From NCBI GenBank assembly GCA_964016885.1, contig OZ024743.1, positions 157,790,001 to 157,854,000 of the forward strand: DNA of 64,000 bases, read 5' to 3'. The DNA is from Eledone cirrhosa. Its lineage: Eukaryota. Below are positions 1 through 14,755 of this stretch, piece by piece. Position 1 is the first letter of the stretch; the number at the start of each line of letters is the position of its first letter. The notes under the pieces are model-generated. The model ran no database searches, had not been told where the DNA came from, and worked only from the letters and a program-made list of their open reading frames with translations. The position numbers were made by a program, and so were the translations under genes.

Positions 1-40
1 ATTTTATCGACCCCGTAAGGATGAAAGTCAAAATTAACCT
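1..40 (-). mobile_element. Short fragment of tRNA-derived SINE family A
   Basis: Reverse complement matches the core aggttaactttgcctttcatccttacggggtcgataaaat found in many copies in this window. Confidence 0.8.
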
Positions 41-584
41 TTGTAAATACACAAATAATGACAGAGAGTTCTGTATCATAGGTCTTCTTGATCAGTGCTA
101 ACTTGGAGCAAAACAAATATAAACACCAACTGCCACTACAAAAATCGTGCACTAACGATCACTACTACTACCACTACTACAACACAAACATAACCTCAAC
201 CACGATAACTATTCTAAGAATTATAACAAGATCAACAATAACAATACCAGACACAATTTATAATAATCATACACCCAAGAGACAATCTGACCACTGTTTC
301 GTTTCATTGTTTATTCTCTGAACTGTTCAGTGCTCTCAATGTCTCTGCTCTCACAAACCAATTAATTGTGTTACCCATGTATATTATAGAGTTCTGAAGT
401 TAACGTTAACTGTAGTTTTCTATCTTATTTTTCAAACAATTACACTTCCATCATTTTTCTTTCAAAATGACAAATACGTATATGCACATTTGCACATGTG
501 TATTTCTTTGTATGCAACCACGTCTGAATTTTCATATATAATCATATTGATTAATTTAAGAGTAACAGGCCTTATACAGATATG

Positions 585-635
585 CATATATACAGACACA
601 CACAGACATACAAACACACACACACACGCACGCAG

Positions 636-671
<36 letters not shown>

Positions 672-870
672 TTACAGATATATTCTTCTTTCTTTTGTTT
701 GTACACAAATTCATGGATTGTGCGTGTGTGAGTGTGTGTGTGCGTGTGTGAGTGTGTGTGTGCGTGTGTGAGTGTGTGTGTGTGCGTGTGTGAATGTGTG
801 TGTGCGTGTGTGAGTGTGTGTGTATGTGTGTGTGTGTGTGTGCCTGTGCGTATGCTGTATGCTTGTGTGC
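585..870. repeat. (CA)n/(TG)n/(AT)n compound microsatellite
   Basis: Direct dinucleotide runs; the ORFs here are repeat translations. Confidence 0.95.
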
Positions 871-1164
871 GTTAGAAGTAATAATCATCAAGTGGTGAAA
901 TATCTCTATATCGGTCGAAGAGTTATATAGTTACTTAACAAAATTAGTTAAGGGTACCGGCTGGTTCCAAATTTGGATCAGAAGTTAACGCGAATTACAT
1001 TTTGATATATATATATCAAAATAAATTAACGGAGTCATAAAGTCGCGTTGGTCCCTGTAATTTATGAGCTCAAAGGAAACAGAATCCTGGCATCTTCAAA
1101 TATAATATATAGAAAAGATAATACACGAGAGAGTGTATTATCAATTACATATCATACAATTTAT

Positions 1165-1449
1165 ATCCATATGTGTGTGTGTATGTGTGCATGCATGTGT
1201 GTAAGCGTGCGTGTGTGTGAAAACATGTATGTGTATATATACATATATATATATGTTTGTATATATATGTGTGTGTATATACACACACTTATGTATATAT
1301 ATATGAATATATATATATGCGTATATATGGGTGTGTGTGTGTGTGTATGAAGACGCCTGCATGAGTAAATGTGTGTATATATACATACATACATATGTGT
1401 GTGTGTGTGTGCGCGTATGTGTAGGTATGTGCGCGTAGATAAACGTGGA

Positions 1450-1495
<46 letters not shown>

Positions 1496-1659
1496 ATGTA
1501 TTTGTGTGTATATATACACATATATATAGGTGTGTGCACGTATGTGTGTGTATGTATGTGTGTATGTAATACCAATGATCGTTGGCAAATCACTGATGAG
1601 GGACTAATTTTATAATATGTAATCCATGTGCAACCATGCAGTATTCTTCTACCCATATT

Positions 1660-1714
<55 letters not shown>
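1165..1714. repeat. (TG)n/(TA)n compound microsatellite region
   Basis: Direct dinucleotide runs. Confidence 0.9.
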
Positions 1715-1715
<1 letters not shown>

Positions 1716-1791
1716 TTAAGGTAAATATTGATGCAATTCAATTCAAGCACTCAACGTACTTATTCCACATAGGAGTGGCGGAGTATATATC

Positions 1792-2598
1792 GAATAAGAA
1801 AAGGCGAAGTAGTTTCAGATATTAAAGTCCTTTAATGATAATGCTGTGATACATATTTCAATGGCGACAGCTCTGGCGAACATATCTGTAACATAGATCC
1901 CCCTTTCAAAACTTCTTACTTAAACATCTCCCTACGTATTAGTTAGTATAGCTGCATATATTTTTTTACTCACTTCCATCTGGATTCTCACTTGTAATTT
2001 TTTTTTTATTTTTGATTACTGATTTTTGATTTTTAATTTTTAGTTTTAATTTCCAACTCCCATTCATAATTTCCACTGTGAAACCATAATACCTAGAATT
2101 AAGTATATTTTCTCTTAGAGGTTGATGGTCAATTCTACTGTCCATGCTTAATTTAGGGTAGTATTAAGACCTATTGATACTCGTACTCTCCCAACCCCAC
2201 TAGCTTTCGGCTGACTGCCACTGGCGGGGTGGCTAGCAGTAAGCTATATATTACAGGCCTGAATAAAGTCATTGTTTGGTTGAGAGGGGGAATTTCGTAG
2301 AACTCTGCGGTAGTTGATGGTCATCTTCCTTCGGACTTGCGCCTGCGCAGACCGGTGTGGGTGAATTGGTACTCACAAGGGAACGGGCGAAGAACCCAAG
2401 AGCACACGCTTTGTCCGTTCCCATGTCGATTCAATTTGGAGTGCTTCGGAAACATAACCTTATTATGTAACTAGCTGTCTAACGATGTCGCGGCACTGCC
2501 ACACGGAACAGTGTGGCCACTGTCGCCATTGAAATATGTAACACAGCATTATCCTTAAAGGACTTTAACATCTGAAAGTACTTCGCTTTTTCTTATTC
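1792..2598 (+). mobile_element. Penelope-like pLTR remnant with ~79-bp inverted terminal arms
   Basis: 1792-1870 is the near-identical reverse complement of 2520-2598; the right arm overlaps a degenerate hammerhead; (AT)n nearby on both sides. Confidence 0.6.
2474..2547 (+). ncRNA. Degenerate type-I hammerhead ribozyme, long stem II
   Basis: gctgt-CTAACGA-[tgtcgcggca..gccacac/gtgtggc..tgtcgccatt]-GAAA-tatgta-ac-acagc; core and triplet mutated; the inverted copy keeps tatgta-TC-acagc. Confidence 0.55.
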
Positions 2599-2629
2599 TC
2601 TCTATATATATATAACGTTTCCTCGTTAT

Positions 2630-2677
<48 letters not shown>

Positions 2678-2678
<1 letters not shown>

Positions 2679-3497
2679 TAGTTGAGGTACCCGGTAACAC
2701 TCGGGAGCGGGTGTATTCCCAGTTCCCATTAAAATGCCCAATTCCTCTCAGACCAAAAATGAAATTAAAATATAGGACAGATAATCAAAAGCGAATACAA
2801 ATTCATTTACGAAACAATAATAGAAACAAATATTGATTGCATTGGTCAGGCGAAAAATGTTTGTCAGAGAATTGAGTGTTGCTATAAGGTAAAAAATAGA
2901 ACCCCCATTAGGGGGTTTCATTGCTGAAATTTTGTGAATAGGCATCATATCTTGTCATTTACCTATGGTTTAAATTTCATATAAATCGAAGGGAAAAAAT
3001 TTTCAGCGGGGTTTTTCAGCGGGGCTTTTGTGCCCCACGGGAACCCTTTAATTAAAATGAAATATACTTATCCAAGTACCCTGGGCAATATAGTTTCAGA
3101 ATATTTATATGTTTATGGGGGTCTATCTCCAAAATCATAGGAGGAGTTCGTGAAATCTTGTTCCATTTATTGGCCAAAATTTTCACTATAGGGGGTTTAA
3201 CCCCCATTAGGGTGTCTTAGTATTATTGAAATTTGCTGAAACCTTGTGAATAGGCATCATATCTTGTCATTTACCTATGGTTTAATTTTCATATAAATCG
3301 AAAGGAAAAAATTAAGCGGGGATTCTCAGTGGGGGTTTGAAACCCCGGAGAACCCTTTGATTAAAATGAAATATACGTAAGAAATCAAATGGGCATGAAC
3401 CCCACACACGTGTCAAGTTCCATCAAATTCCGTCTGATAGTTTTTGAGTTTTAGATTCACAAACAAACAGACAGAATTTGCCATTTATGTATATAGA
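2678..3497 (-). mobile_element. Non-autonomous Helitron (820 bp)
   Basis: Minus strand starts A|TCTATATACATAAA, has ctgtctgtttgtttgt near the 5' end, and ends cccg..cggg hairpin + CTAG|T; internal direct repeat ~2920-3075 vs ~3233-3376. Confidence 0.8.
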
Positions 3498-4022
3498 TGT
3501 ACAAAGTTGTCTCCAATATTGAGTTTGAAGCGCGTGGGTATTCCTAGAATAATGAGTAATGAGAACGGAACGCAATGAAGGTGTTAAAACAGCAAAATAC
3601 TGTCGATGGCAGCGTTGGGTCAAATTTACCTCAAAGGATAGAAATCTGCGGCTAGAAATGAGTTGACCCGCAGACTTGATAGGAAGAAAGTGGACGAGAG
3701 AGGATCACACAAACATTTAAATACATTTATCAGCTTTTAGACCGGCTGGAATTTCAACGATTTAATTAAAAGTACCACGTAAAGTAGACGGCTCGTGAAA
3801 CAGAAAAATAATTATTTCTGTAGGTATGATGTTTGTGTGAGAAACGAACAGATTAGATAGACAGATAGGTTAGAGAGAGAGAGAAAAATAAAATGCGTCC
3901 TCTCGGTATCAGGTCGCTGTTAGAAAAGACAACAAGGACACTGGCTGCAGAGGTGGTAAGAAACGGAAATGACGAGCAAAAGCAGGGGAGGGGAGAAGAG
4001 AGAGGGAAAGAAAAGAAGTAGT

Positions 4023-4079
4023 AGGGATGCTAACATAACCACCATCTTCAAAAAAGGAGATAAGGGATTATACAAATAA
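4023..4079 (+). pseudogene. Tiny LINE reverse-transcriptase fragment (RTE/CR1-like)
   Basis: Translates RDANITTIFKKGDKG, the conserved pre-RT motif. Confidence 0.55.
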
Positions 4080-4119
4080 GATATTTTGAGATAAGGGGTT
4101 ATAAGGAATATATATATAT

Positions 4120-4286
4120 GTATTTATGTCTGTATTTTTAAGCGTTGGTCAATCAATGATAAACATTGATTGCCAGATAAACTAACTATGCAGATATAAA
4201 AGATACAGAAGCGAAAACCAATCCAAACTAAACAGTCAGTTTTATTATTTCTGGCGATAAAAATATGACCCTCCCTCCCCAAATAT

Positions 4287-4292
<6 letters not shown>
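4120..4292 (+). mobile_element. 3' terminus of Penelope-like element (family of 30107-33249)
   Basis: Homologous to 33065-33249; ends ccctccccaaatataacaat directly into (AT)n. Confidence 0.8.
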
Positions 4293-4326
<34 letters not shown>

Positions 4327-4332
<6 letters not shown>

Positions 4333-4843
4333 ATAAGTATGTATACGTACATACATATATGTATACAGACGCACAGTAGTATGTATATATATATACATAC
4401 ATGCACACATACATATATGTACGTATGGATTCACCGATCATTTATTATATTGCTCTGTGTGTTTGTAAACAAACATCCCGAATTAAACCGTACAGTGTCT
4501 AGCAACCATCGTTGCTCGTTTGTTCAACACTGACAAAGGAACGCTGTACTAGTTTCAAGCTTATTAGCTATCGTCAGCAACGTATACCTTCCTGCCAGAT
4601 GGTTGAACATCTGAAAGTATATACTTTCCTTATGCATATTAACGGCTGAGCAGCCTAATTTGCATATCGAGTGAGTTAATCGGACAGGTTACCGAAAACG
4701 GAAAAAATGAGTGTTGAACAAATGAGCAACGATGGTTGCTAGACACTACGGCTTAATACGGGATGTTTGTTTACAAACACACCGAGCATTATAATAAATG
4801 TTCGGTGAATCCATACGTACATATATATATGTGTGCATGTATG

Positions 4844-4912
<69 letters not shown>

Positions 4913-5020
4913 TACTGTACGTCTGTATACATATATGTATGTACGTATACATACTTATATTTAAGTAACAGCCGTACTAAGAGTGAGAAATTAAATTTCG
5001 TTTCATTTTATTCCGTTTAT
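4327..5020. mobile_element. Hammerhead-bearing non-coding repeat with inverted duplication
   Basis: 4327-4531 inverted at ~4710-4960; same family at 29320-30050 and 35490-35598. Confidence 0.7.
4541..4583 (-). ncRNA. Minimal type-I hammerhead ribozyme (intact core)
   Basis: Minus: acgttg-CTGACGA-t agct aata agct t-GAAA-ctag-TA-cagcgt; stem III palindrome actagt, GUA site. Confidence 0.85.
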
Positions 5021-5032
5021 ATATATATATAT

Positions 5033-5088
<56 letters not shown>

Positions 5089-5412
5089 AACCTTGTTTTC
5101 CTCGTGTTCCCTATGTCACTTTTTAACCTGCAACCCATCGTATAATTCGATCCTGTATATTTTTTGTCGCTCACAACACCACCACCGCCACCACAAGGCA
5201 CATCTCTATACTCCACAACCATTAACATCATTAAAATCGCCAACACATACCTTCCCTCCCTAAACAACGTAAGTGTGTGTGTCTGTGTGTAAGTATATTC
5301 ATATGTACAACACCATCTCCATTGGCTCTCCCCTCTCCCTCTATCTATGCACTACACCATCCCCACTGACACTCCCCCTCTCTATATACACACACACATG
5401 TATATATGTGTG

Positions 5413-5451
<39 letters not shown>

Positions 5452-5890
5452 ATGTATGTGTGTGTGTGTGTATGTGTGTGTATGTGTATATATGTGAGTG
5501 TGTATATACGCATGTGTATGTATACAACGTTTTTGTCAGACTAAGTGTGTCTATGTATGTAACTCCTCATTGTATTTGACACCACCAACACATCCACCAC
5601 ACCACCATAAACACAATTACCATAAACAACAACACCACACCCACACCACACGCAATAATCAGCCACAAATATACGCCAACATGTCTACCGACAATCCACC
5701 ACCCCCACACCGCGGCCCATCTCAGCCTGCGACCGTCACCCCCATCTTATCATCACATCCACCCCCACATACACTACAGGCGAAAACATCCCTATGATCT
5801 ATTCCACCAATCAAAACAATCCGTATTGACCAACATATGAACTTCTGACTTTATCATATAGCATGTATTCAATTTCTACTAGCATTTTAA

Positions 5891-5978
5891 GGGGTCCGTC
5901 GAGCTGCCGATTATAGAGTCGGGTAAGATCGATACAGATCGAACCTTGAGCTAATCAGTGGCGAAACGCGCGTCACCT
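5891..5978 (+). ncRNA. Degenerate hammerhead with extended stem II
   Basis: ggggt-CCGTCGA-gctgccgatta...taatcagtggc-GAAA-cgcgcg-TC-acct; two core mismatches. Confidence 0.55.
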
Positions 5979-6134
5979 ACCAATAAATGTAATGAAGGAG
6001 TAACCAATCGTCCTTGTTATCTTTTCAATATAGCTGTAGAGCTCTACTCCTCGACACAGAAGTGAACCTAAACATTGAGTGCTCACCCGGGTGAACATGC
6101 AGTAACTCCAAGTTACACTCCCTAGATATATATA

Positions 6135-6212
<78 letters not shown>

Positions 6213-6269
6213 AAAATTAAGATAAATCAAATGAATTTAATCTAAATTAATTTTGGATATAGATATATA

Positions 6270-6695
6270 AATACGGCTCCTTAATTGTAGAGCTAACTCT
6301 GTTGAAAGGACTCGACTGCTGTTTCTAGTTGTCGATAACCCTATTCACGCCACTGGAACGAAGCTAGTATGATGTGTGTATTTCTAGTAAATACTACACG
6401 TGCTGGCCAGTCGCTGATTTGAACTTGAAGTGTAAACACGGATTGCTGGAAATTTCTTCCTTGTTGATAATTCAAGTCTCCACTTCTGTGGTTTACCATC
6501 TGATTAATTGGTGAAATATATTTCTTTAATGGAATATATACAGGGAAGATTAATCATATTATAAGGTATCTATTTTTGAAGTTCTGATCAACTTTATTTA
6601 GTTACCTACCTAGCTATGTGTGGTTACACACTTGTAAAAATTATCTCATGTGATTATTCATGTTTATTTATATGTTAATCAATCTCTAGTTATTA
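6270..6695 (+). repeat. Interspersed ~430-bp repeat (second copy 33530-33960)
   Basis: Collinear similarity from atacggctccttaattgtagagcta to atctctagtt; bounded by AT-rich/(AT)n tracts. Confidence 0.8.
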
Positions 6696-6719
6696 TATAT
6701 ATATATATATATATATATG

Positions 6720-8090
6720 GACACTCCGCCCACCACTTTACCGTCTGTCGCCTGATCTAATGCCATGTGACCCCCACCACCCACCTTAGGGTCGAGCTAC
6801 ACACCATCTTCACCCTACAGACCCACACACACCCTGGCCTGAACTCCCCACCCCCTTTCTTCAACCGCCCCCCGCCCCTACACACAGACCCTACTAACAC
6901 CAAGATTCACCGTCCCCTCCACTTCCAGCCACCACCAAACCACCCCCTTGGCCCACCCCACAACTAATAATACTAACACCTACTCTACCACACACACACA
7001 CTCATACCCAAACACGCACACACACCAGTACATTACACTCATACTGTCCACAGCACCTTTCCCTCTCTCTCTCCCCACACACATCCCACTAACACCTCCA
7101 CTAATATACACACAAAGCCCGCCACACACCGTCACCCTCTCCTTCAACCTTTCACACATACCCCTCCCCTAACCTGCCCACCGCACCTCAGCACACACAT
7201 ACACACATTCCACACACACATACAGACCATCTCTAACACCCGTCCGTCTGACTTTACCCCTACCACTGCCTGTCTGTGTCACCTTCCTACTGCTATCTCC
7301 TCCCTCCCGCATCCATCGCCCTGCCTTGACCCTCTGACCACTTCCTGCTGCGCGCGCACCCCACAACTCTCTACTTCCTTCACACCATACCAAGTATTCT
7401 ACACCACTGGTCACACCGCTCCAGGCATCCACCCTGCTATACTCGAAATTTTCAACATCTATTCCTATACTCCGCGGGAAAACATTTAGGAACACATACA
7501 ACACTTACACTACACAAACACTTACACTATCTTCGCACACACGCAACCATATGTCCACACCACACAAAAACACATACAGACGTGCGTATCCTCACATACG
7601 CACACTCGGCTTCCGGACTCCGCACGCCCCGTCTCCCCTACCCCCTCTGACCTTCTTCATCCACACACTCACACACACACACTGACTTACACCCCACGTC
7701 ATGCACACACTAGTGTTCCTATTACCCGAACATGGAACCTCGTTCTTCCCCAAACTCTCACACTCACATCCACACATACACACACACCACTTCCGCCCAT
7801 CCCGGTCGGACCCCTGTTTTCCTCTCTCTTCTCCCCCCTCCATCCACCCACCACCAGCCCCACACGCCTCACAACCTTTCACCACTTGTTTCATTATAAT
7901 TTTTTTACCTTCTTTTTAATTTTTTCCTCCCCCTTTCCCTCGGAAATCTTTTCCTGCCCACTTTCCTCCCGATGAAGGGCTTATGCCCGCCCGAAACGTC
8001 GTCCCCCACGCCCCACTCTCAAGCGTGAACCTAATACTAACACTTTGTACTGCACTCTTCGCTATTGTTTTTGTTTTCTGTTTTAACTAT
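6720..8090 (+). mobile_element. C/A-rich 3' tail of probable Penelope-like element with hammerhead relic at 7969-8003
   Basis: Between (AT)n tracts; CCGATGA-a-gggc ttat gccc..-GAAAC-gtc-GTC; tail tgtactgca..actat(AT)n resembles 48029-48070. Confidence 0.5.
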
Positions 8091-8162
8091 AATATATATA
8101 TATATATATATATAATATATGGATAAGTGGAGTGTTATACACCCCTGATCCTCTCCCTAGTA

Positions 8163-8264
<102 letters not shown>

Positions 8265-9654
8265 GTGTGTGTGAGTATATATCAAATTTAAACGCTATAT
8301 GAAAGAATATATATCGTATGCTTGGTACTATTTTTCATTAAATATATACTCTGCCTGTGTTACCTTAGCTACCAATAACAAATACAAAAGAAATCGAACT
8401 AATACATTCACTCGAAATTACAATAACAACAATTTGTAATATCTACTAAATGATCTGTGATATTTGGAGATAACTAAAAAATAGGTTCTTTTGTTGACAG
8501 ATATATTTAATTTGTCAATCGGTGACTGGACTAGTCTTTGATCAGTGTGTCGTCGATTCTATGGCTCTGGTGTCTTCAAATCGCGAAAAATATGCCTGCT
8601 GGAAGATATACATACACACACCTTCATAAATCTTCGATAAATATAAGTCTACCTCCTCTTAACTATTTTTTCTATCTTAACTATCACCACATAAGTATAA
8701 TATGCACACGGATGCGCACATACACACACACATACATACATATAAACCCTTACACAACTACACACAACTACTCCCTAAATAAATAAAAATATATGTACGT
8801 GTACATGAGAAATAAAAGATGAAATAGAAAGATAGAGAGTAAGGAGAAAAGAAAAGAATATGAGAAAAAACACACGTGCGTATATAAATATTTCTCGAGG
8901 TGATATTCTAAATTTAATTAATAAGGTAAAAAATGTTTTAATGGTGGGCAAATGCACACACACACAAGCGCGCGCGCACAGACATGCGCACGCACGTATA
9001 CACAAACTCACAATTAAATAAAATTTCCTGAGAAATTTTAGAAATAATTTTTATTTTATATTATTTGAAAATAATTTTAATGGGAAATGTCTATCCTCAT
9101 ATAATTTGCCAAATTTTCTAAAATGGCAACTCTTTCATTAAGGAGATCTCCGATTTCGGTAACTTAAGCAGATAGAAGTTACAACTATCTCTTCAGAGAT
9201 GAAATGCTATGTATATCTCAAAAGACATTTATTGCAGGTATCTTTCTCTAAAAACCATTGTGCCTACCCTTCCTCTCATTAAGGAAAATAAGACATAATA
9301 TGCTTAACTTCAGAATGACTGATAGTGTGATAATTTATCTAATTAATGCCGATCTCAAATAATTTAACCTATTTGTCTTCCGTTTATTATTGAAGAATGC
9401 TTAGTCATCATCAATATTTCGACTCAGCCAAGAACTTGTGTATGACAAGCTATTGACTGAGTCAAGACTATGGTACGAGTTATCTTGGAATTAACCTTTA
9501 TGGGTGTAACTGATAACTGTTTTGATCAAGGACTCCGTGTGGTGGTGTTGATAGGATTCCAACCGACAATTCTTCAGTTTAAAGTCTGGCGCCAAAGATT
9601 CGGTCTGCACCAACAATTTAAAATGACTGAGATGAGTTTCTAATAATAAGAGCA

Positions 9655-10085
<431 letters not shown>

Positions 10086-13000
10086 AAGGAAGATGTATGC
10101 CGTGATTCGACCTGGAAAAGTATGGTTTCTGTGAGGTTTAGATGCCTGAGATAAGCTATATGTCTCGTCGCTGTCCCTACAACACCATACCATGTTGAGG
10201 ACTGAAGGGAATTTAAGTAAAGAGATTACAAATATTTGTTACATCATTTACACAATGTTTTGGTTGGCATGATCTCCGATCGTCATTTTCTTGTGCCTAG
10301 ATATCTTCTATGAAAATGAATTAATTCAAGGAATAAACTATCTGATTACGATCGATGAACCAATCAAAGTTTAGTATAAATCTAAGGTATTTAAAAGCTG
10401 TTCTATCTCCAGAAAATGGAGTTAATGGTCTGAAAATGTATAATCTAGAGGTATGTTCAACAATATTGTTTTTTACGTGTTAATCAGAGCAAAAGAGTCA
10501 GTATAGATTACCCTTCTCAAAGCCTCCGAGATGGATGAGAGGAAAAGGGGAAGCGAACCGCTGCCCAGAGACCTTGCCTGAATGGTTAGAACAAGTCAGT
10601 GATGCTAAACATGACGATTGATATTAAGCTAATTGCTCTTTTTGAATGTTTTTCATCGATACATAGATGAATACTGATGTTTTCTATGCAACTAAATTGA
10701 CAACTGGACAGTCTGAAATATTTGCGTGATCTAAGTGTACATGCTGTTATTATTGTTGTTGCTCCAGCTGTTTAAACCTAGTTGAACCCTAATAGAATAG
10801 ACCTATGTTCAAAGGCATTATTTCCATAACATATGTTTAAGTGTATTTAAGACTACATTGTATGATGTGTATTTTCTTTATTTAAATCTGTATGAGGGTT
10901 TTGTTTGAAGGAAATATGGCTGCTGATTTCTAACAAATCGAGAGACAACCCCGTAGAGATTCTCTCATTGGCTCATGATGTAGACGATAATTTATTAAAC
11001 AAGATAATTCAATAAACAACAAAACAAATTAAGAGGAATTTGAATCATGAACATATAACAATTTCGAATTCTTTTCTTATTAATTTACTGAATTCTATAA
11101 TACCAATGCTTTGTAAAGGTGGTACAGGTTTTTAAATAAAAGGAATAAATGTTAAGGTAGAAATGCATGGATCCGATAGATCATCTGCAGAACTCTATTC
11201 ACTCAGTCGAATAACACGCTATATACTTAAACAATTGTGGAATCAATTTCATGCTGATGTATATCCAAAAGATTATCCTGGGTGGTTTTGTTGCGCTGGA
11301 ACATACGAAAATCAATTGCGTGTTACTGAATATATTTATATTAATAATTTTTCTTTCAAGCTTTACTGAGACCTATGTTATATGCACTAAAACACATTTA
11401 ATTCTATGGCATGTTTCATGCGGTTAAACTGATTTGATCTCATCCTCCACGTGTATTCAATAATATCTAAATAAGATAGAACACATTTCTAAATAGGAAA
11501 CACAAAACCATTATTATATTAAGTGAACTTGAGTAATAGAAACAGTTACAATATATGGAGATTTTTTCATAAAAGTGGTAAAATGAAATGTCCTAAAACA
11601 TGATTTCGTTCATAGATATATCATAGTAGATTTGCGAAAATATAATTCTACATTCTGAATAGATGTCACAATTTCTGGTTAAATAGATAACCATATCAAA
11701 TGTCACATAAAACATTCGGCCACATAAATATCTGTAGATGGACGATGTACAAATAATACACGATAGCTAACTGCTTTACCGTAGATTAAAGATCATGACA
11801 GGGTAGAAATGTGTGTGTGTGGGGGGGGGGGGGGGGGCATGAGTACTTATATATATTTTTGTTTTTCTAAAGCACATGGTCAACTGTGATTGGGCAAACC
11901 TATAATTTTAATTTCTTCTATATGAATTTTGTAAACAACAGTGTTGTTTATTGTGAGCTTACAAAGGGTCAATCACTGATCCCCTGAATTTCATATTGTA
12001 CGAATGACAAGAAGGCGTCTGTGCAATTCGGAATGAAAAGTTACCATGACTTACTTTTGTTCGAACGTACCAATTAGTCGGTTAGTGTATTATAAACATT
12101 TCCTCGGCGATATATTTTACCAGTGTAACATTCTGCATTCAAGAATAGATATAATCATTCAAGGTAAATTTAACTGTTCATTTATACACAATTCACATTA
12201 ACGCTGTTTCATTGTCGAAGACTGGGTCTTTATGACTTTTCTGGAAATAATATTCAATAATTCCACCCTAGCCTTCAACTTTCTCTACAACTCGTACAAT
12301 AAAAGGAGAAATTTTATATTATATTTTTATTTGCCTGAATATCAGAAAATATTAAAATGCATTACAAGCGAGAAGTATCAAGTGTCTCAACCAACTACAT
12401 TTATACCAATAGAAAACTAAATTAAAATTCTAAACCGAAATCATAAATCTAACAGAAAAAAACTGCCATTATTTATAGCCGACAACCAAATATTCAATAA
12501 GCATTTCAGGAATTTGTCATATAATGTGATCTATCTTCAGAGCATCCAACAATATTCGTTCCACTTATTTGCTCTCTGAGGTCAAATCCCAACAAGGTCA
12601 ACTTTAATGTTCATAACTTGGTGTTCGATAAAATACTTATCCATTACTTGAGTCAATCTTTCATTGCAATTGAACATTAGATGTATAGTTGTATGTTTAA
12701 TTCAGGAAAGGCAATCGTTGAAATTACAAATTATATTTTCTTGAGATTCACTGCCCGCCATTTCTACTGTCATCTTCAGAGCAAATCATCCAATTTCTAT
12801 GAATTATTTCACCCATAGTCCTTGTACTTCGCAAATGATATCGTGTATAAGCAACAAACCTACACCTAATATAATAAATTATTCCCTTGCTTAAGATTAA
12901 CAAGACAATGACCACTGGTTAAATTCTTAATTTTTCCCACTTTACGGGAGAATGTGAATGTCACTCAAATAAAACATTCTCTTGCCTTATCCCACCAATT

Positions 13001-14131
13001 TTGATTTTCAGTTGCAGTATGATCAAGTTATGAGGATCATCGTAAGCAATCACCTTTCTGTAACACTACCCAATATTTTCCCATTCTTTGTAACGAGCAT
13101 GAGCTCCATCCAGAGGACTCTAATTGAGATTTCTTACAATTAGGGCTGACGTTGGGCTAAACAACCCCATGACAGTATATGTATAGCCAAAACCATCGGA
13201 AATCTGAGTTTCATTTTCGTAGTCCAAAATGTGTTCAAATCTAAACAACCACTAACCCACTTCAGAATGCACATACACTACATTGTAAAAATTGCTAACA
13301 CATCTGAGATGATGCACCCATCACAGACAAAATCTAGAGTACACCAAGGAATTTCTATTTACCCATTTTGTGATCATATGTCAATGAATTGCATTGCCTA
13401 CGTGTTTCCGTTAATTTTGAAAATAATGACGAATTTGGAAGAATTTACTAAAATCACTAACCTTTTTCATTATTAAGCTGGTGTTTGAAACGTAACTGAA
13501 AGGACGGAAAATCATAAATTGGGTGGTTTGTATCATAAAATCATGAGCAAAAATACTAAAGATATTTGATGTCACCCACTTGCATTTCTTCTCCCTATCA
13601 CACCTTTCTCATACCCTAGTTTTTAGCTCTACATACTTCATCCAATCCTTTAGTTATAAAACATCATGTATCTGAAATCTATTCCTTGTTGGGTATATTT
13701 TTTTCTCCAACTACTGATCTGGAACAAATCAAAGAAAACATTAAATAATAAACAGATACTGATGAAAAAATAGAGACCATGAAATAATTATTTTGATTTT
13801 ATCACTGCAACATTTTTATGTTCTATGCATTAAAAAGCTTTCACCTACTTCATTCAGATAGCATTTCAGATTTATTTAGATTTTAAAGAAATCACCCCAT
13901 TTTTTTTTTATTTCTCACGCTCCATCTCTCCAGCCTTATCTCTTCTTTCTCACACTCTCTTCGTGTTTCTTGCCTATTTTTCTCCCTCTCTTCCTCAACA
14001 AATACTCATACATAATTCTATATATTTAACTTATTGATTCAGCAGCAATATACACTAAAAATCCTAAATGAGAGTAAAGCACACTGTGATTATCTCCCTT
14101 ACTTGCAGTTTAAAATTTAAATAACTCTCCC

Positions 14132-14134
<3 letters not shown>

Positions 14135-14210
<76 letters not shown>
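14135..14210. repeat. (CT)n microsatellite
   Basis: Direct. Confidence 0.95.
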
Positions 14211-14213
<3 letters not shown>

Positions 14214-14364
14214 ACACAATTCTATAAATTGTATAAAGCAATAACACTTCAGCTGGTACAACAAGATTAAGGATGCAGTTATTTCCAGTATTTACTGGTG
14301 AAAATAAATTATTAATCAATAACTAACATTTATTCTATTTCTTCAAAGTAAAAGATGATGTGTT

Positions 14365-14755
14365 TTGTTGTTTAGCCCTAAGTCAATGTTCAACAAACAG
14401 ACCTATGATCAAAGCCATTCCATGGTCTAAAATGTTCAATGTATTCTTTTTAATTTAAGATGGTAGTGTTTATGCTTAATTTTAGGAAAATGAGATTGCT
14501 ATTTTTAGCAGATCTACGTGATTACTGCGTTGCGTGGAGGTTTCTACGCTGAATTGTCCGAAACGAACCTGTAGTTGCTGTTGGTTGTTAGGCCCAGGTT
14601 AGTTTTGATCGAAATGACCTATAATGAAGGACATTCTAATCATGACCGCCTTGTTTCATTAGGAATGAATGTCTAACTATTTAATACCTCAGCGTCATTT
14701 TTACTGCTATTTCTAGCAGGTCGACTGATCATATAGAGTCTCTCACATTATCTCA
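14365..14755 (+). repeat. Two tandem old ~200-bp interspersed repeats (third copy ~10755-10975)
   Basis: Shared gttgtttagccc..gacctatgatcaaag.cattc..ctgctatttctagcaggtcga. Confidence 0.6.

Noticed and set aside
1587-1645. CTGATGA followed by gga..tcc
   Set aside because: No GAAA or stem I partner; too decayed to call a hammerhead
462-1825. Many ORFs rich in YI, CV and HT repeats (also 4.1-5.5, 29.3-29.7, 35.4-36, 40.6-42.7 and 60.9-61.2 kb)
   Set aside because: Translations of dinucleotide microsatellites
9140-9201. Minus-strand CTGAAGA...GAAA with flanking atct/agat
   Set aside because: No NUH triplet and stem II does not close adjacent to the core
11163-11369. 68-aa ORF with ordinary composition
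   Set aside because: No recognisable domain or splice support
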